From Eubacteriales bacterium (lineage in GTDB: Bacteria; Bacillota; Clostridia; Lachnospirales; JAVBJQ01): a stretch of 64,000 nucleotides of DNA. Below, in pieces: positions 40,701-49,467 of this stretch (within the stretch, counting starts at the first letter, position 1; every line of letters starts with the position of its first letter). A program made the translations under genes and the position numbers. Under the pieces are notes generated by a model, which was not told the origin of the DNA, did no database searches, and was given only the letters and a program-made list of their open reading frames with translations. The stretch is taken from positions 3,632-67,631 of the forward strand of contig JAVBJQ010000006.1 in assembly GCA_031546905.1 (NCBI GenBank). Direction: 5' to 3'.

Positions 40701-40910
40701 CGAAAAGATGCTGACTTTGAAGTGCTGGACAAAATTGCTGTTTACCACAGCGGAAACCAAAAAATAGCAGACATCGTTGCTCGAAATGAACGTTATATTC
40801 AAGAAGAAGTTTTAGGACTTGAAATTGTAAATGGCGTTTGTGAGGACGGTTTTACAAAAGACTGGAGCATTAACGGAGAAGCTGTAACCCTTGGGGTTAA
40901 ACGAAAATAA
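37791..40910 (+). CDS. ileS: Isoleucine--tRNA ligase, type 2 (eukaryote-like)
   Basis: SD AAGGAGG plus TTG 37791; GPPTANGKPHIGH, GWDTHGLPVE, WTTTPWTLPSN, RYWGTPLP, KMSKH; long type-2 C-terminus. Confidence 0.96.
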   Translation: MYDKVSTNLNFVEREKEILKFWKENNIFEKSIELRKNEKVFTFYDGPPTANGKPHIGHIITRVVKDIIPRYKTMKGFKVLRKAGWDTHGLPVELEIEKQLGISGKPEIEKYGVEPFIKKCKESVFKYETEWREMSDRVGFWADMDSPYVTYQNNYIESVWWALKQIWDKGLLYKGHKVVPYCPRCGTALSSHEVAQGYKDVKESSVFVKFKLKEKQNEFILAWTTTPWTLPSNVALVVNAKENYAKVTSNGETYILAEALLETVLTSSFEKLETMKGSDLVGLEYEPLFDFVTPEKKAFYVVADSYVTLTDGTGVVHTAPAFGEDDARVGRLYDLPFVQLVDEQGKFVDCVHLWKGLFVKDADPQIIAHLKETNKLYKSADYEHSYPFCWRCDTPLLYYARNTWFIKMTEVRDRLLANNQTVNWLPDNVKNGRFGNFLENVIDWGLSRERYWGTPLPIWECDCGHRHAIGSIEELRKMSDAVPENIELHKPYIDNVFLNCEKCGGKMKRVTEVIDCWFDSGSMPFAQWHYPFENKEIFDENFPADFISEAVDQTRGWFYTLMAISTLIFEKSPYKNVIVLGHVQDKDGQKMSKHKGNVIDPWSVLDKQGADAVRWYFYTNSAPWLPSRFYEEAVNEAQRKFMGTFWNTYAFYVLYANIDNFNPLDYKLDYDKLPPMDKWILSKLNTLIQLVSDSLDEYKLTEPARAMQDFVDDLSNWYVRRSRERFWGADMPQDKINAYMTLYTVLVTLTKVSAPFVPFMAEEIYGNLVKNIDKNALESVHLCDFPESNPALIDLDLEKNMDLVLDIVVLGRAARNTSNIKNRQPIGLMYVSCENALPDLYVDIVSEELNIKKVVFTNDVSSFTTYKFKPQLRTLGPKYGKIVPKIGEELNKHDGNELMNKFKTEKEVRFVVEGIDVVLLESDVLAESAQMEGFVSESDKGVTVVMDTNLSDELIEEGFVREIISKLQNMRKDADFEVLDKIAVYHSGNQKIADIVARNERYIQEEVLGLEIVNGVCEDGFTKDWSINGEAVTLGVKRK

Positions 40911-40959
40911 GCGTGTTGTACCGTTAATGAACTTAAAAACAATTTACTAGTGATATTAA

Positions 40960-41000
40960 AAAAAGCCTCACCGTCCAAATAGAAAGACGGTGAGGCTTTT
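40960..41000. terminator. Bidirectional terminator between ileS and menA
   Basis: AAAGCCTCACCGTC...GACGGTGAGGCTTT. Confidence 0.8.
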
Positions 41001-41009
41001 GAACTATTT

Positions 41010-41954
41010 TTATATCATAATTCCAATGACAAACAACACTAAATTAAAAACATTCACCAACATAAAATTTTTAACCGATAGTTTAAAGGTTTCTCCCTTT
41101 ACGTGCCTTTCAAAAAATATTTTCACATTTTGAAATACAACAACCCCAGATAAAATTCCAATGCCATACATCATTGGCGCTACACCCATGATAACCACTA
41201 CTCCAGTAGCCACATATCCTAATAAATACAAAATTCCAAAAATATAAAGGGCTTTTTTTTCACCTACCCAAATAGGCAAGGTTTTTCTCCCGTTAATAAT
41301 ATCCTCTTGTATATCACAAATATTGTTGGCAAGCATAATATTGGCAATAGTAACCATTGGTGCAACTGTAAATAAAAATAATGTAAAAAGCTCTGGCACA
41401 TCAAACGTAAACATCCACCTGCCAGCTTCATGGGCTACCATAATTAACTGACGGTTGTCCACCTGAATATATACTGCTATAAAAGGAATAATAAAACCCA
41501 TTACAAAACCTGAAAATAATTCTCCATAAGGTGTTCTTGAAATAGGCATGGGTCCAAATGTGTATAATATCCCAATCCCAAAAGAAAAAATTCCAAGCAA
41601 AAGAACCACTATGTTGGTTCGAAAAAACAGAAGAATCCCCATGATGGTAGCAATAAAAAGCATAATTAAAATGGTATTCAAGGCAGTTCTTGGTTTTATT
41701 TTGTATTTTACAATGGCATTATGCTCTGCATACCCAAACCCATCTTTTTTTATTGCCGTAGAAAAATCCATATAGTTGTTAATTGCCGTAGTTGTCATAT
41801 CAAAAAAAAGAATAGCAATAAACATAATCAGTGCATTTGTCCAATGAAATGATTTAAATCGGTAAAAGGCATAGGCTGTCCCTAATAAAAAAGGCACTAC
41901 ACTAGCCAATTTGGTTCGTATTTCCACAAAGTTTAAAAAAACGTTTGGTGTCAT
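41010..41954 (-). CDS. menA: 1,4-dihydroxy-2-naphthoate prenyltransferase (UbiA family)
   Basis: VEIRTKLASV, NNYMDF, YTFGPMPIS, LANNICDIQED..GRKTL. Confidence 0.88.
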   Translation of the reverse strand: MTPNVFLNFVEIRTKLASVVPFLLGTAYAFYRFKSFHWTNALIMFIAILFFDMTTTAINNYMDFSTAIKKDGFGYAEHNAIVKYKIKPRTALNTILIMLFIATIMGILLFFRTNIVVLLLGIFSFGIGILYTFGPMPISRTPYGELFSGFVMGFIIPFIAVYIQVDNRQLIMVAHEAGRWMFTFDVPELFTLFLFTVAPMVTIANIMLANNICDIQEDIINGRKTLPIWVGEKKALYIFGILYLLGYVATGVVVIMGVAPMMYGIGILSGVVVFQNVKIFFERHVKGETFKLSVKNFMLVNVFNLVLFVIGIMI

Positions 41955-42098
41955 TTTAATTTCTTGTCCTCCGCCTCATTAATGATAAACTTATTATACT
42001 ATAAACCATTATTCATTTGCAAACACCCCGATAGCTTGCAAAAAATATAATTTTGTGGCATCCTTTTATTACATAAATACTTTAAGGAGGAGATTAAA

Positions 42099-42854
42099 AT
42101 GGAGAACACCCAGAAATTTACAGACAAAGCAACAATATATTCTAAAGCAAGACCTACCTACCCACAACATTTTTTTGACTACTTATATGAAAAAGTAGGC
42201 TTTAACAATACGAGTATCGTCGCAGACATCGGTTCTGGTACGGGTATTTTAAGCAAAGAACTATTGGCAAGGGGAACCAAAGTTTTTTGTGTAGAACCAA
42301 ACGACGACATGAGAAAAACAGCAGAAAGCAATTTAAAAAGCTACCCCCATTTTATTTCTGTAAACGCCTCTGCTGAAAGCACCACTTTAGAAAATGCTAG
42401 CGTTGATTTTGTCACGGTTGCCCAAGCATTTCATTGGTTTGACAAAAATAAATTTAGAACCGAATGTGCCAGAATAGTAAAACCCCAAGGAAAAGTAGTG
42501 CTTGTTTGGAATAGTCGCACCACCCAAAACCCTTTAACCCATGCACTTACCGCTGTCAACAAAACATTCTGCTCTGATTTTAAAGGATTTGCTGGTGGCA
42601 GTAATTTAGACCCTGCCAGTTTCTCTGATTTTTTTCAAGATGGTCACTGTGATTTTTGTACCTTTCAAAATAATTTCTGTTATGAGGAAGAAAAATTTAT
42701 TGACTATTGTCTGTCAGCCTCTTACGCCCCAACACAAAATGATGTACATTATACGGCGTACATAAATGAACTAAAATCTATTTTTTTAAAATATGGCGAC
42801 GGCAATCATATCCTAGTGCCTACCGTTACTTGTAGTTATGTTGGTACGGTGTAA
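42099..42854 (+). CDS. Class I SAM-dependent methyltransferase
   Basis: YSKARPTYP, ADIGSGTG, VEPN, AQAFHWFD. Confidence 0.92.
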   Translation: MENTQKFTDKATIYSKARPTYPQHFFDYLYEKVGFNNTSIVADIGSGTGILSKELLARGTKVFCVEPNDDMRKTAESNLKSYPHFISVNASAESTTLENASVDFVTVAQAFHWFDKNKFRTECARIVKPQGKVVLVWNSRTTQNPLTHALTAVNKTFCSDFKGFAGGSNLDPASFSDFFQDGHCDFCTFQNNFCYEEEKFIDYCLSASYAPTQNDVHYTAYINELKSIFLKYGDGNHILVPTVTCSYVGTV

Positions 42855-42909
42855 ACTGAGCGCAGTTTGAAAAAATAATTGACAAAATTTCAAATTGGAT
42901 TTACAATTA

Positions 42910-42968
42910 ACATATGAACGGTTGTTCATTTGTTTTTTTATTTTATATATGAATATATGTTCATTCGT
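42910..42968. promoter_or_regulatory. Two tandem ArsR/SmtB-type operators
   Basis: ACATATGAACGGTTGTTCATTTGT (42910-42933) and ATATATGAATATATGTTCATTCGT (42945-42968), both ATGAA-N6-TTCAT, upstream of an ArsR gene. Confidence 0.7.
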
Positions 42969-43029
42969 TTGTAATAATATTTTTATAGGAACCACTGAAT
43001 ACGTATGGCACTTTATGGGAGGTACTTTT

Positions 43030-43428
43030 ATGATTACTAAATCCACTTCATCTATTGTAGATACACTTTGTGATACTTGCACTTGCTCCAATAAAATTCA
43101 CGTTGAAAATGCTAAGCGCAAGCTCTTGGACGAAGAAGTTATTTATGAAATGGCAGATTTTTTTAAAATTTTTGGCGATTCCACTCGTGTCAAAATTTTA
43201 TACACTTTACTTGAAAATGAACTTTGTGTTGGGGATTTGGTGGAGGTTTTGAATATGACCCAATCAGCCATTTCTCATCAACTTCGGGTTTTGAGACAAA
43301 ACGATTTAGTCAAGTTTCGCAAAGAAGGCAAGGCGGTTTTTTATTCCCTTGATGATGATCATGTTTCTGTTTTGCTCAAACAAGGCCTTTGCCATATGCT
43401 CCACAAAAATGGCGGCGTAAAAAATTAA
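43030..43428 (+). CDS. ArsR/SmtB family metal-sensing repressor
   Basis: CDTCTC N-terminus, FKIFGDSTRVKIL, ELCVGDL, QSAISHQLR, YSLDDDHV. Confidence 0.93.
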   Translation: MITKSTSSIVDTLCDTCTCSNKIHVENAKRKLLDEEVIYEMADFFKIFGDSTRVKILYTLLENELCVGDLVEVLNMTQSAISHQLRVLRQNDLVKFRKEGKAVFYSLDDDHVSVLLKQGLCHMLHKNGGVKN

Positions 43429-43472
43429 AAGGGAAAAAAGAATCCGTATACTTACAAAAAGAGGTGTTAAAC

Positions 43473-45572
43473 ATGAGAGAAACATTACAAGTGTGCTTGT
43501 TGGGGCTAGATTGTCCAAACTGTGCCGCAAAAATAGAGGAACGAGTAAATAAGTTAGCCAACGTAAACGAGGCAACTCTAAATTTTGCAAATAGCCAAAT
43601 GACAGTTCAGCTAAATGAGCTGGCAGAAAAAGAAAACGTTCTTGTAGAAATTAAAAAAATTGTAGTAAAACTAGAACCAAAGGTGAAAGTAAAAGAAAAA
43701 CAGTCCCACCCCCACGAACATGACCATGAACATGACCATGGCTTTCAAGAAGCAAATAAAAACAAACTGTACCTTCGATTTGGTGTGGGGATTTTATTAT
43801 TTTTAATAGGAATTTTTTATAAAGGCAATGAAGGCTTCCGCTTTGCTATGTTTTTTGCAAGTTACTGGATTTTTGGTGGGGATGTTGTCATAAAAGCTTT
43901 TAAAAATCTTTTTTCCGGTAACTTTTTTGATGAAAACTTTTTAATGACCATTGCTACTATGGGGGCATTTTTTATTGGCGAGTTTCCTGAAGGGGTTGCC
44001 GTAATGATTTTTTATCAAGTTGGAGAATATTTTCAGGATTTAGCTGTTGGCAACTCCCGAAGATCCATTAAAAGCCTTCTTGATATTACCCCTCAATTTG
44101 CAAATGTACTTCATGGTGATGAACTGAAAAAAGTCAACCCAGCCGAAGTTAACGTAGGTGATTTGATTCTTGTTAAAGCGGGAGAAAAAGTTCCCGTGGA
44201 TGGCATAATTGTGGACGGAAAATCCCAGCTGGATACTTCTTCTTTAACGGGGGAATTTGTTCCCGCTTCTGTAGATATTGGCGACAATGTTTTAAGCGGA
44301 ACTATTAACTTAGCTGGTGTTTTAAAAATAAAAGTTACAAAAGAATATGCTGATTCTACGGTTTCTAAAATTATGGAGCTGGTTGAAAACGCTTCTGCAA
44401 AAAAATCCCAAACAGAAAAATTTATTACAAAGTTTTCTAAAGTATATACCCCTGTAGTTGTTTTTTTGGCAGTGGCATTATCTCTTGTTCCTCCTATGCT
44501 GACACCAGAAGCTGATTTTAAAATTTGGATTTCAAGGGCTTTGGTTTTTCTTGTTGTTTCTTGCCCTTGTGCATTGGTTATTTCTGTTCCGCTGGGATTT
44601 TTTGCAGGAATTGGAGAAGCCTCCAAAAATGGAATTTTGGTCAAGGGAAGCAATTATCTTCAAGCATTACATGATGCAGATAAAATCGTGTTTGACAAAA
44701 CAGGTACGTTGACAAAAGGAACTTTTAGTGTTTCAAAGGTGTCTCCTGCAAGTAACATTTCAGAAGCTACCCTGTTAGAAACAGCCTACGCCATTGAAAA
44801 AATGTCTAACCACCCTATTGCAAAATCCATTGTAAAACATTTTAAATCTGAAAAAAATAGTGACATAAAAGATTTTGTTGAAGTGGGTGGGCAAGGACTT
44901 CGTGCCATCATTGATGGGAATGAAATATTATCAGGAAATGCTGCTTTAATGAAAGCCCATCATATTCCCATTGAATTATATGAAGACGGAAACGGAACTG
45001 CCGTTTATGTGGCAAAAAACAATTTATTTTTAGGCTACATTGTCATTTCTGATGAAATAAAAGAGGACAGCAAAAAAACAATTGAACAATTAAAAAAACT
45101 GGGAATTAAACAAACCGTTATGCTAACAGGGGATAGGAAACAAGAAGCTGAAAAAGTGGCAGGGTTACTTGGCATTGATACTGTTTTTTCTGAACTTTTA
45201 CCACAAGATAAAGTTTCCAATTTAGAAAAATTAGGGGGAAAAACAATTTTTGTTGGGGACGGAATCAATGATGCACCAGTACTCGCTCGGGCTGATGTGG
45301 GCATCGCCATGGGTGCTTTAGGTTCTGATGCCGCTATTGAATCAGCAGATATTGTCATTACAAACGACGCTCTTTTGAAAATTGTGTTGGCAAAAAAAAT
45401 TGCAAAAAATACCATTACCATTGTGAAACAAAACATTGGTTTTGCTCTGGGTGTGAAATTCATTGTTTTAGTACTAGGTGCTTTTGGCTTAGCAAGTATG
45501 TGGCTTGCCATTTTTGCTGATGTGGGAGTTGCGCTGCTGGCTGTTTTAAACTCCATGAGAAAAAAAGCATAA
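43473..45572 (+). CDS. Heavy-metal (Zn/Cd/Co) P1B-type ATPase, CadA/ZntA-like
   Basis: HMA LDCPNC, His-rich linker, SLTGE, SCPCAL, DKTGT, HP, GDGIND; SD GAGGTG ahead of ATG 43473. Confidence 0.95.
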   Translation: MRETLQVCLLGLDCPNCAAKIEERVNKLANVNEATLNFANSQMTVQLNELAEKENVLVEIKKIVVKLEPKVKVKEKQSHPHEHDHEHDHGFQEANKNKLYLRFGVGILLFLIGIFYKGNEGFRFAMFFASYWIFGGDVVIKAFKNLFSGNFFDENFLMTIATMGAFFIGEFPEGVAVMIFYQVGEYFQDLAVGNSRRSIKSLLDITPQFANVLHGDELKKVNPAEVNVGDLILVKAGEKVPVDGIIVDGKSQLDTSSLTGEFVPASVDIGDNVLSGTINLAGVLKIKVTKEYADSTVSKIMELVENASAKKSQTEKFITKFSKVYTPVVVFLAVALSLVPPMLTPEADFKIWISRALVFLVVSCPCALVISVPLGFFAGIGEASKNGILVKGSNYLQALHDADKIVFDKTGTLTKGTFSVSKVSPASNISEATLLETAYAIEKMSNHPIAKSIVKHFKSEKNSDIKDFVEVGGQGLRAIIDGNEILSGNAALMKAHHIPIELYEDGNGTAVYVAKNNLFLGYIVISDEIKEDSKKTIEQLKKLGIKQTVMLTGDRKQEAEKVAGLLGIDTVFSELLPQDKVSNLEKLGGKTIFVGDGINDAPVLARADVGIAMGALGSDAAIESADIVITNDALLKIVLAKKIAKNTITIVKQNIGFALGVKFIVLVLGAFGLASMWLAIFADVGVALLAVLNSMRKKA

Positions 45573-45581
45573 CGTTTCCCC

Positions 45582-45623
45582 ATCTCCATAAAATCTCCAC
45601 AAATAATCCATGAAATCCCCATA
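45582..45623 (+). repeat. Four tandem 9-mers at 11-bp spacing
   Basis: ATCTCCATA 45582, ATCTCCACA 45593, TAATCCATG 45604, ATCCCCATA 45615. Confidence 0.75.
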
Positions 45624-45706
45624 CTAATATTGTATAGTGATTCAATAATCATACTCCCTAACAATATTGTATGGGGTAAATAAAAAAACAAAGAAGGGAT
45701 CTGAAA

Positions 45707-46222
45707 ATGATGAAAAAAAATAACTTTAAAAAAGAATTTTTTCTAGTACCAATCTTTATACTGCTCCTTGCCTACATTGTAGGGGACTATTTTGGATTTA
45801 GCCTTTTCCCTAGTAAAAGTACATCAGCTGCTACAAAGAGCCAAGCAACTGCCACTGTAAATGGTAATGTTCAAAACGTTACCACGATTTTAAGCCAAAG
45901 AGGTTACGAACCCATTGTGGTGCAAGCTGGCGTGCCTGTTAAATGGACTATTAAAGCAGACAAACAAAGTTTAAACGGCTGTAACGGTGTCATCGATATT
46001 GCTGCCTATGGCATACAACAAAAACTAAAGGAAGGCGACAACCTAATTGAATTTACACCAAAAGAAGCAGGAGTTGTTCCTTATAGTTGTTGGATGGGCA
46101 TGATTACAAGCAAAATTACAGTAGTAAATGATATTACGGATAAGGCTGCCACTCCTGTTGCAGAAGATATAACCTCTAACACACAACAAAATATCCCTAG
46201 TTGTTGTGGGGGAATAAATTAA
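45707..46222 (+). CDS. Membrane-anchored cupredoxin-domain protein
   Basis: N-terminal TM; YEPIVVQAGVPVKW, LNGCN, IEFTP, YSCWMGMI; C-terminal SCCG. Confidence 0.85.
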   Translation: MMKKNNFKKEFFLVPIFILLLAYIVGDYFGFSLFPSKSTSAATKSQATATVNGNVQNVTTILSQRGYEPIVVQAGVPVKWTIKADKQSLNGCNGVIDIAAYGIQQKLKEGDNLIEFTPKEAGVVPYSCWMGMITSKITVVNDITDKAATPVAEDITSNTQQNIPSCCGGIN

Positions 46223-46243
46223 TAAAAAAGAAGGAGAAGTCCT

Positions 46244-47254
46244 ATGAGTGATCAAGTTATTACAAAAACTCTTACTGTCAGCGGAATGACTTGTTCGAGC
46301 TGTGAAATTAAAATCGAAAATAAATTAAAAAAAATAGTTGGGGTAGTTTCTGTAGAAGCAACATATGCAACGGAAATTGTTTCTGTTACTTTTGATGCTT
46401 CCCAAGTAAGTATTGATAACTTAATAAAAGCAATTGAACGCCTTGATTACCAGGTTATCACAAACCCAAGTCCCGTAAAAAAAACTGCTGACCATTCTGC
46501 ATTGTTAGCCATTGGCATTATTTTATTGGCATTATACATTATTATTAAAAACACAGTGGGTTTTAATTTTATTCCAGAAATAAAACCAACCATGGGCTAT
46601 GGACTATTATTTGTAATCGGGTTACTCACTTCCCTTCATTGTATCGCTATGTGCGGGGGAATTAATTTGTCTCAATCGGTAGCTTATGGTGCAGGAGAAA
46701 AAAATACTTTTTCCAAATTAAAACCAAGCATATTGTACAATGCGGGACGGGTTACATCTTACACCATTGTAGGAGGAATTGTAGGAGCCATTGGTTCTGT
46801 TGTTAGTTTATCTGGTTCTGCTAAAGGGCTGGTTTCCATCATCGCTGGGGTTTTTATGATTCTGATGGGTTTCAATATGTTACATATTTTTTCTCACCCA
46901 TTGCTTCGTAAATTAACTCCTCGCCTTCCCAAATCTTTGGGAAAAATAATACATAGCAACAAAAGAAATGCTGGTCCTTTTTACATTGGTTTATTCAATG
47001 GACTTATGCCTTGTGGACCGCTTCAATCCATGCAACTTTATGCTTTGGGAACAGGAAGTTTTGTGGCTGGTGCCTTATCTATGTTTTTATTTAGCTTGGG
47101 TACTGTTCCTCTGATGTTTTCATTTGGGGCTGTCAGTTCTTTTTTATCCAGTAACTTTACTAACAATATGATGAAAGTAAGCGCCGCCCTTGTAATGTTA
47201 TTAGGATTGATTATGTTAAACCGTGGTCTCAATTTGTCGGGTATTCTTTTTTAA
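46244..47254 (+). CDS. HMA domain plus DsbD_2 (TauE/SafE-like) membrane protein
   Basis: GMTCSSC; TSLHCIAMCGG; YNAGR; NGLMPCGPLQ; FSLGTVP. Confidence 0.88.
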   Translation: MSDQVITKTLTVSGMTCSSCEIKIENKLKKIVGVVSVEATYATEIVSVTFDASQVSIDNLIKAIERLDYQVITNPSPVKKTADHSALLAIGIILLALYIIIKNTVGFNFIPEIKPTMGYGLLFVIGLLTSLHCIAMCGGINLSQSVAYGAGEKNTFSKLKPSILYNAGRVTSYTIVGGIVGAIGSVVSLSGSAKGLVSIIAGVFMILMGFNMLHIFSHPLLRKLTPRLPKSLGKIIHSNKRNAGPFYIGLFNGLMPCGPLQSMQLYALGTGSFVAGALSMFLFSLGTVPLMFSFGAVSSFLSSNFTNNMMKVSAALVMLLGLIMLNRGLNLSGILF

Positions 47255-47296
47255 TACCCCCTAAGATACTAGAACAATCTTAAAGGAGCGTAACTG

Positions 47297-47998
47297 TTGA
47301 TGCAAAACACCCCTAAAAAAATTTTAGTAGTAGATGATGAAATAAAAATTGTAGAAGTTTTAAAAGCGTATCTTGAAAACAGTGGCTACTTGGTACTGGA
47401 AGCTTACGACGGAAAAACAGCATTGACCTTAATTGAAACAACGTCCCCTGCCCTTGTGATTTTGGATCTAATGCTTCCAGATATAACGGGAGAGGAAATT
47501 TGCAACACCATCCGTAAAAAATCAAAACTTCCCATTATTATGTTGACGGCAAAAGTAGAAGAACACCACCTATTAAATGGGCTAAACATGGGGGCTGACG
47601 ACTATATTTCAAAGCCCTTTAGCCCTAGTGAAGTAGTGGCAAGGGTAGCTGCTGTTTTGCGAAGAACCGAAACCGTTCACGTGGTAGAGAAATCTTCCAT
47701 TTTTCAAAATAATTATCTTTTTATTGACTACAAAAACCATATGGTAAAAGCAAATGACATAGTGGTAGACATTACCCCAACCGAATTTAAAATATTAGCT
47801 ACCCTTTCCCAATCTCCTAACCGAGCTTTTACTCGTGATCAATTAATCGAGTATGCTTTGAACGGAGAATTTTTTGGTTACGACAGAACCATTGATACTT
47901 ATATTAAAACCCTTCGTCACAAACTAGAACCAGAACCCAAAAAACCCCGTTTTATTTTAACGGTTCACGGAGTTGGTTATCGATTTGGTGGTGAGTAA
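47297..47998 (+). CDS. OmpR-family response regulator
   Basis: ILVVDDE, LDLMLP, GADDYISKPF, winged helix ending TVHGVGYRF. Confidence 0.95.
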   Translation: MMQNTPKKILVVDDEIKIVEVLKAYLENSGYLVLEAYDGKTALTLIETTSPALVILDLMLPDITGEEICNTIRKKSKLPIIMLTAKVEEHHLLNGLNMGADDYISKPFSPSEVVARVAAVLRRTETVHVVEKSSIFQNNYLFIDYKNHMVKANDIVVDITPTEFKILATLSQSPNRAFTRDQLIEYALNGEFFGYDRTIDTYIKTLRHKLEPEPKKPRFILTVHGVGYRFGGE

Positions 47999-49399
47999 AT
48001 GTACAAACTACGCACCAAAATAACCTTGTCTTATGTTATCATTTCCTTGGTAATTGTCGGCATTATTGGCATAATCGCCAATGTAATGCTGGAAAAAATA
48101 TTTAGAGAATATGTCATTAACGCCCTACAACAAAAAAATACAGAAATTGTAAGTCAAATCGCCGATAGCTACAACCCCAAAACAAATATGTGGAGCCATG
48201 AAGTGTTAGACAGCATTGGTATGAATGCCCTAGCAAATAATTTATTTGTTAAGCTAAAGGATAAGGAAGATGTTTATGTTTGGGATGCGTGGAAACATAA
48301 TAATGGTTTGTGTACCCTTCTACTGCAAAATATGTCCCAAAATATGTACAAACGATATCCCAAATTCAATGGAGAATACACGGAAAAAAACTACGATATC
48401 GTCGTCCATAACACCAAAGTAGGTTCTGTTGATATTGGTTATTATGGTCCTTATTTCTATACGGATAGTGACTTGAAATTTATCAACAGTTTGAATGTTA
48501 TGTTGGCGGTGGTGGTTATTTTTTCATTGGCCATTGCCCTTATTCTAGGATTATACATTTCCTTTCGACTGACCGATCCTATTTCAAAAGTTATTAATGC
48601 GGCCAATCAAATTACAAACGGAAACTTGTCTGAACGGGTCACGGTAAAGTCACGGACAAAAGAAATACATGAACTGATTTCAACCATTAACAATCTTGCG
48701 GAAACATTAGAAGCCGTAGAAGGCTTGCGAAAACAAATGACATCAGACATTGCCCACGAATTAAGAACACCCCTTTCTACTGTACGCAGTCATATGGAAG
48801 CCATGATTGATGGTATTTGGAAGCCTGACACTGCACGTTTAAAAAGTTGCCACGAAGAAATTATGCGTTTAAATCGGATGGTAGATGACTTAAAAAAACT
48901 TTCGGAGTTTGAGGCAAATAATTTAAAGTTAACTAAGACAAGCTTTGACTTTTCTGAATTAATAGACAGAATTACATTAAATTTTGAAGCGGCCTTTGTT
49001 AACAAAGGAATACAATTTACCACTAACAATTATTACACAGGGGCGTTTTATGGAGACAGGGATAAAATTAGTCAAATTATTGTGAATTTACTTTCCAATG
49101 CCCTTTGTTATACAGACAAAGGCGGAGAAGTTTCTGTTACCACCACCCAAATAGATGAAAATATGGTTATTACCGTTTGTGACACTGGCATCGGAATGTT
49201 AGAAAAAGAATTGCCTTTTATTTTTGAGCGATTTTATCGAACGGATAAATCACGAACAAAAGCAACAGGCGGTACGGGTATTGGGCTTACCATTGTAAAA
49301 TCATTGGTATTGGCACATGAAGGAACCATTGTAGTAGAAAGCCAGTTGGGAGAAGGCAGTCGTTTTATTGTAAAACTACCACTTAAAAATTTTGTCTAA
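47999..49399 (+). CDS. Sensor histidine kinase (HAMP, HisKA, HATPase)
   Basis: Two TMs, AHELRTPL, NLLSNA, DTGIG, FERFYR, GTGIGL. Confidence 0.95.
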   Translation: MYKLRTKITLSYVIISLVIVGIIGIIANVMLEKIFREYVINALQQKNTEIVSQIADSYNPKTNMWSHEVLDSIGMNALANNLFVKLKDKEDVYVWDAWKHNNGLCTLLLQNMSQNMYKRYPKFNGEYTEKNYDIVVHNTKVGSVDIGYYGPYFYTDSDLKFINSLNVMLAVVVIFSLAIALILGLYISFRLTDPISKVINAANQITNGNLSERVTVKSRTKEIHELISTINNLAETLEAVEGLRKQMTSDIAHELRTPLSTVRSHMEAMIDGIWKPDTARLKSCHEEIMRLNRMVDDLKKLSEFEANNLKLTKTSFDFSELIDRITLNFEAAFVNKGIQFTTNNYYTGAFYGDRDKISQIIVNLLSNALCYTDKGGEVSVTTTQIDENMVITVCDTGIGMLEKELPFIFERFYRTDKSRTKATGGTGIGLTIVKSLVLAHEGTIVVESQLGEGSRFIVKLPLKNFV

Positions 49400-49467
49400 A
49401 TTTTCCTATTTCTTTTGACTATTCTTTTTTTAGTGCTATAATTAGCTTTAGTTTTTATCATCATTTT

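Noticed and set aside
43707-43740. CATGACCATGAA-like repeats in the P-type ATPase gene
   Set aside because: They encode an ordinary His-rich linker
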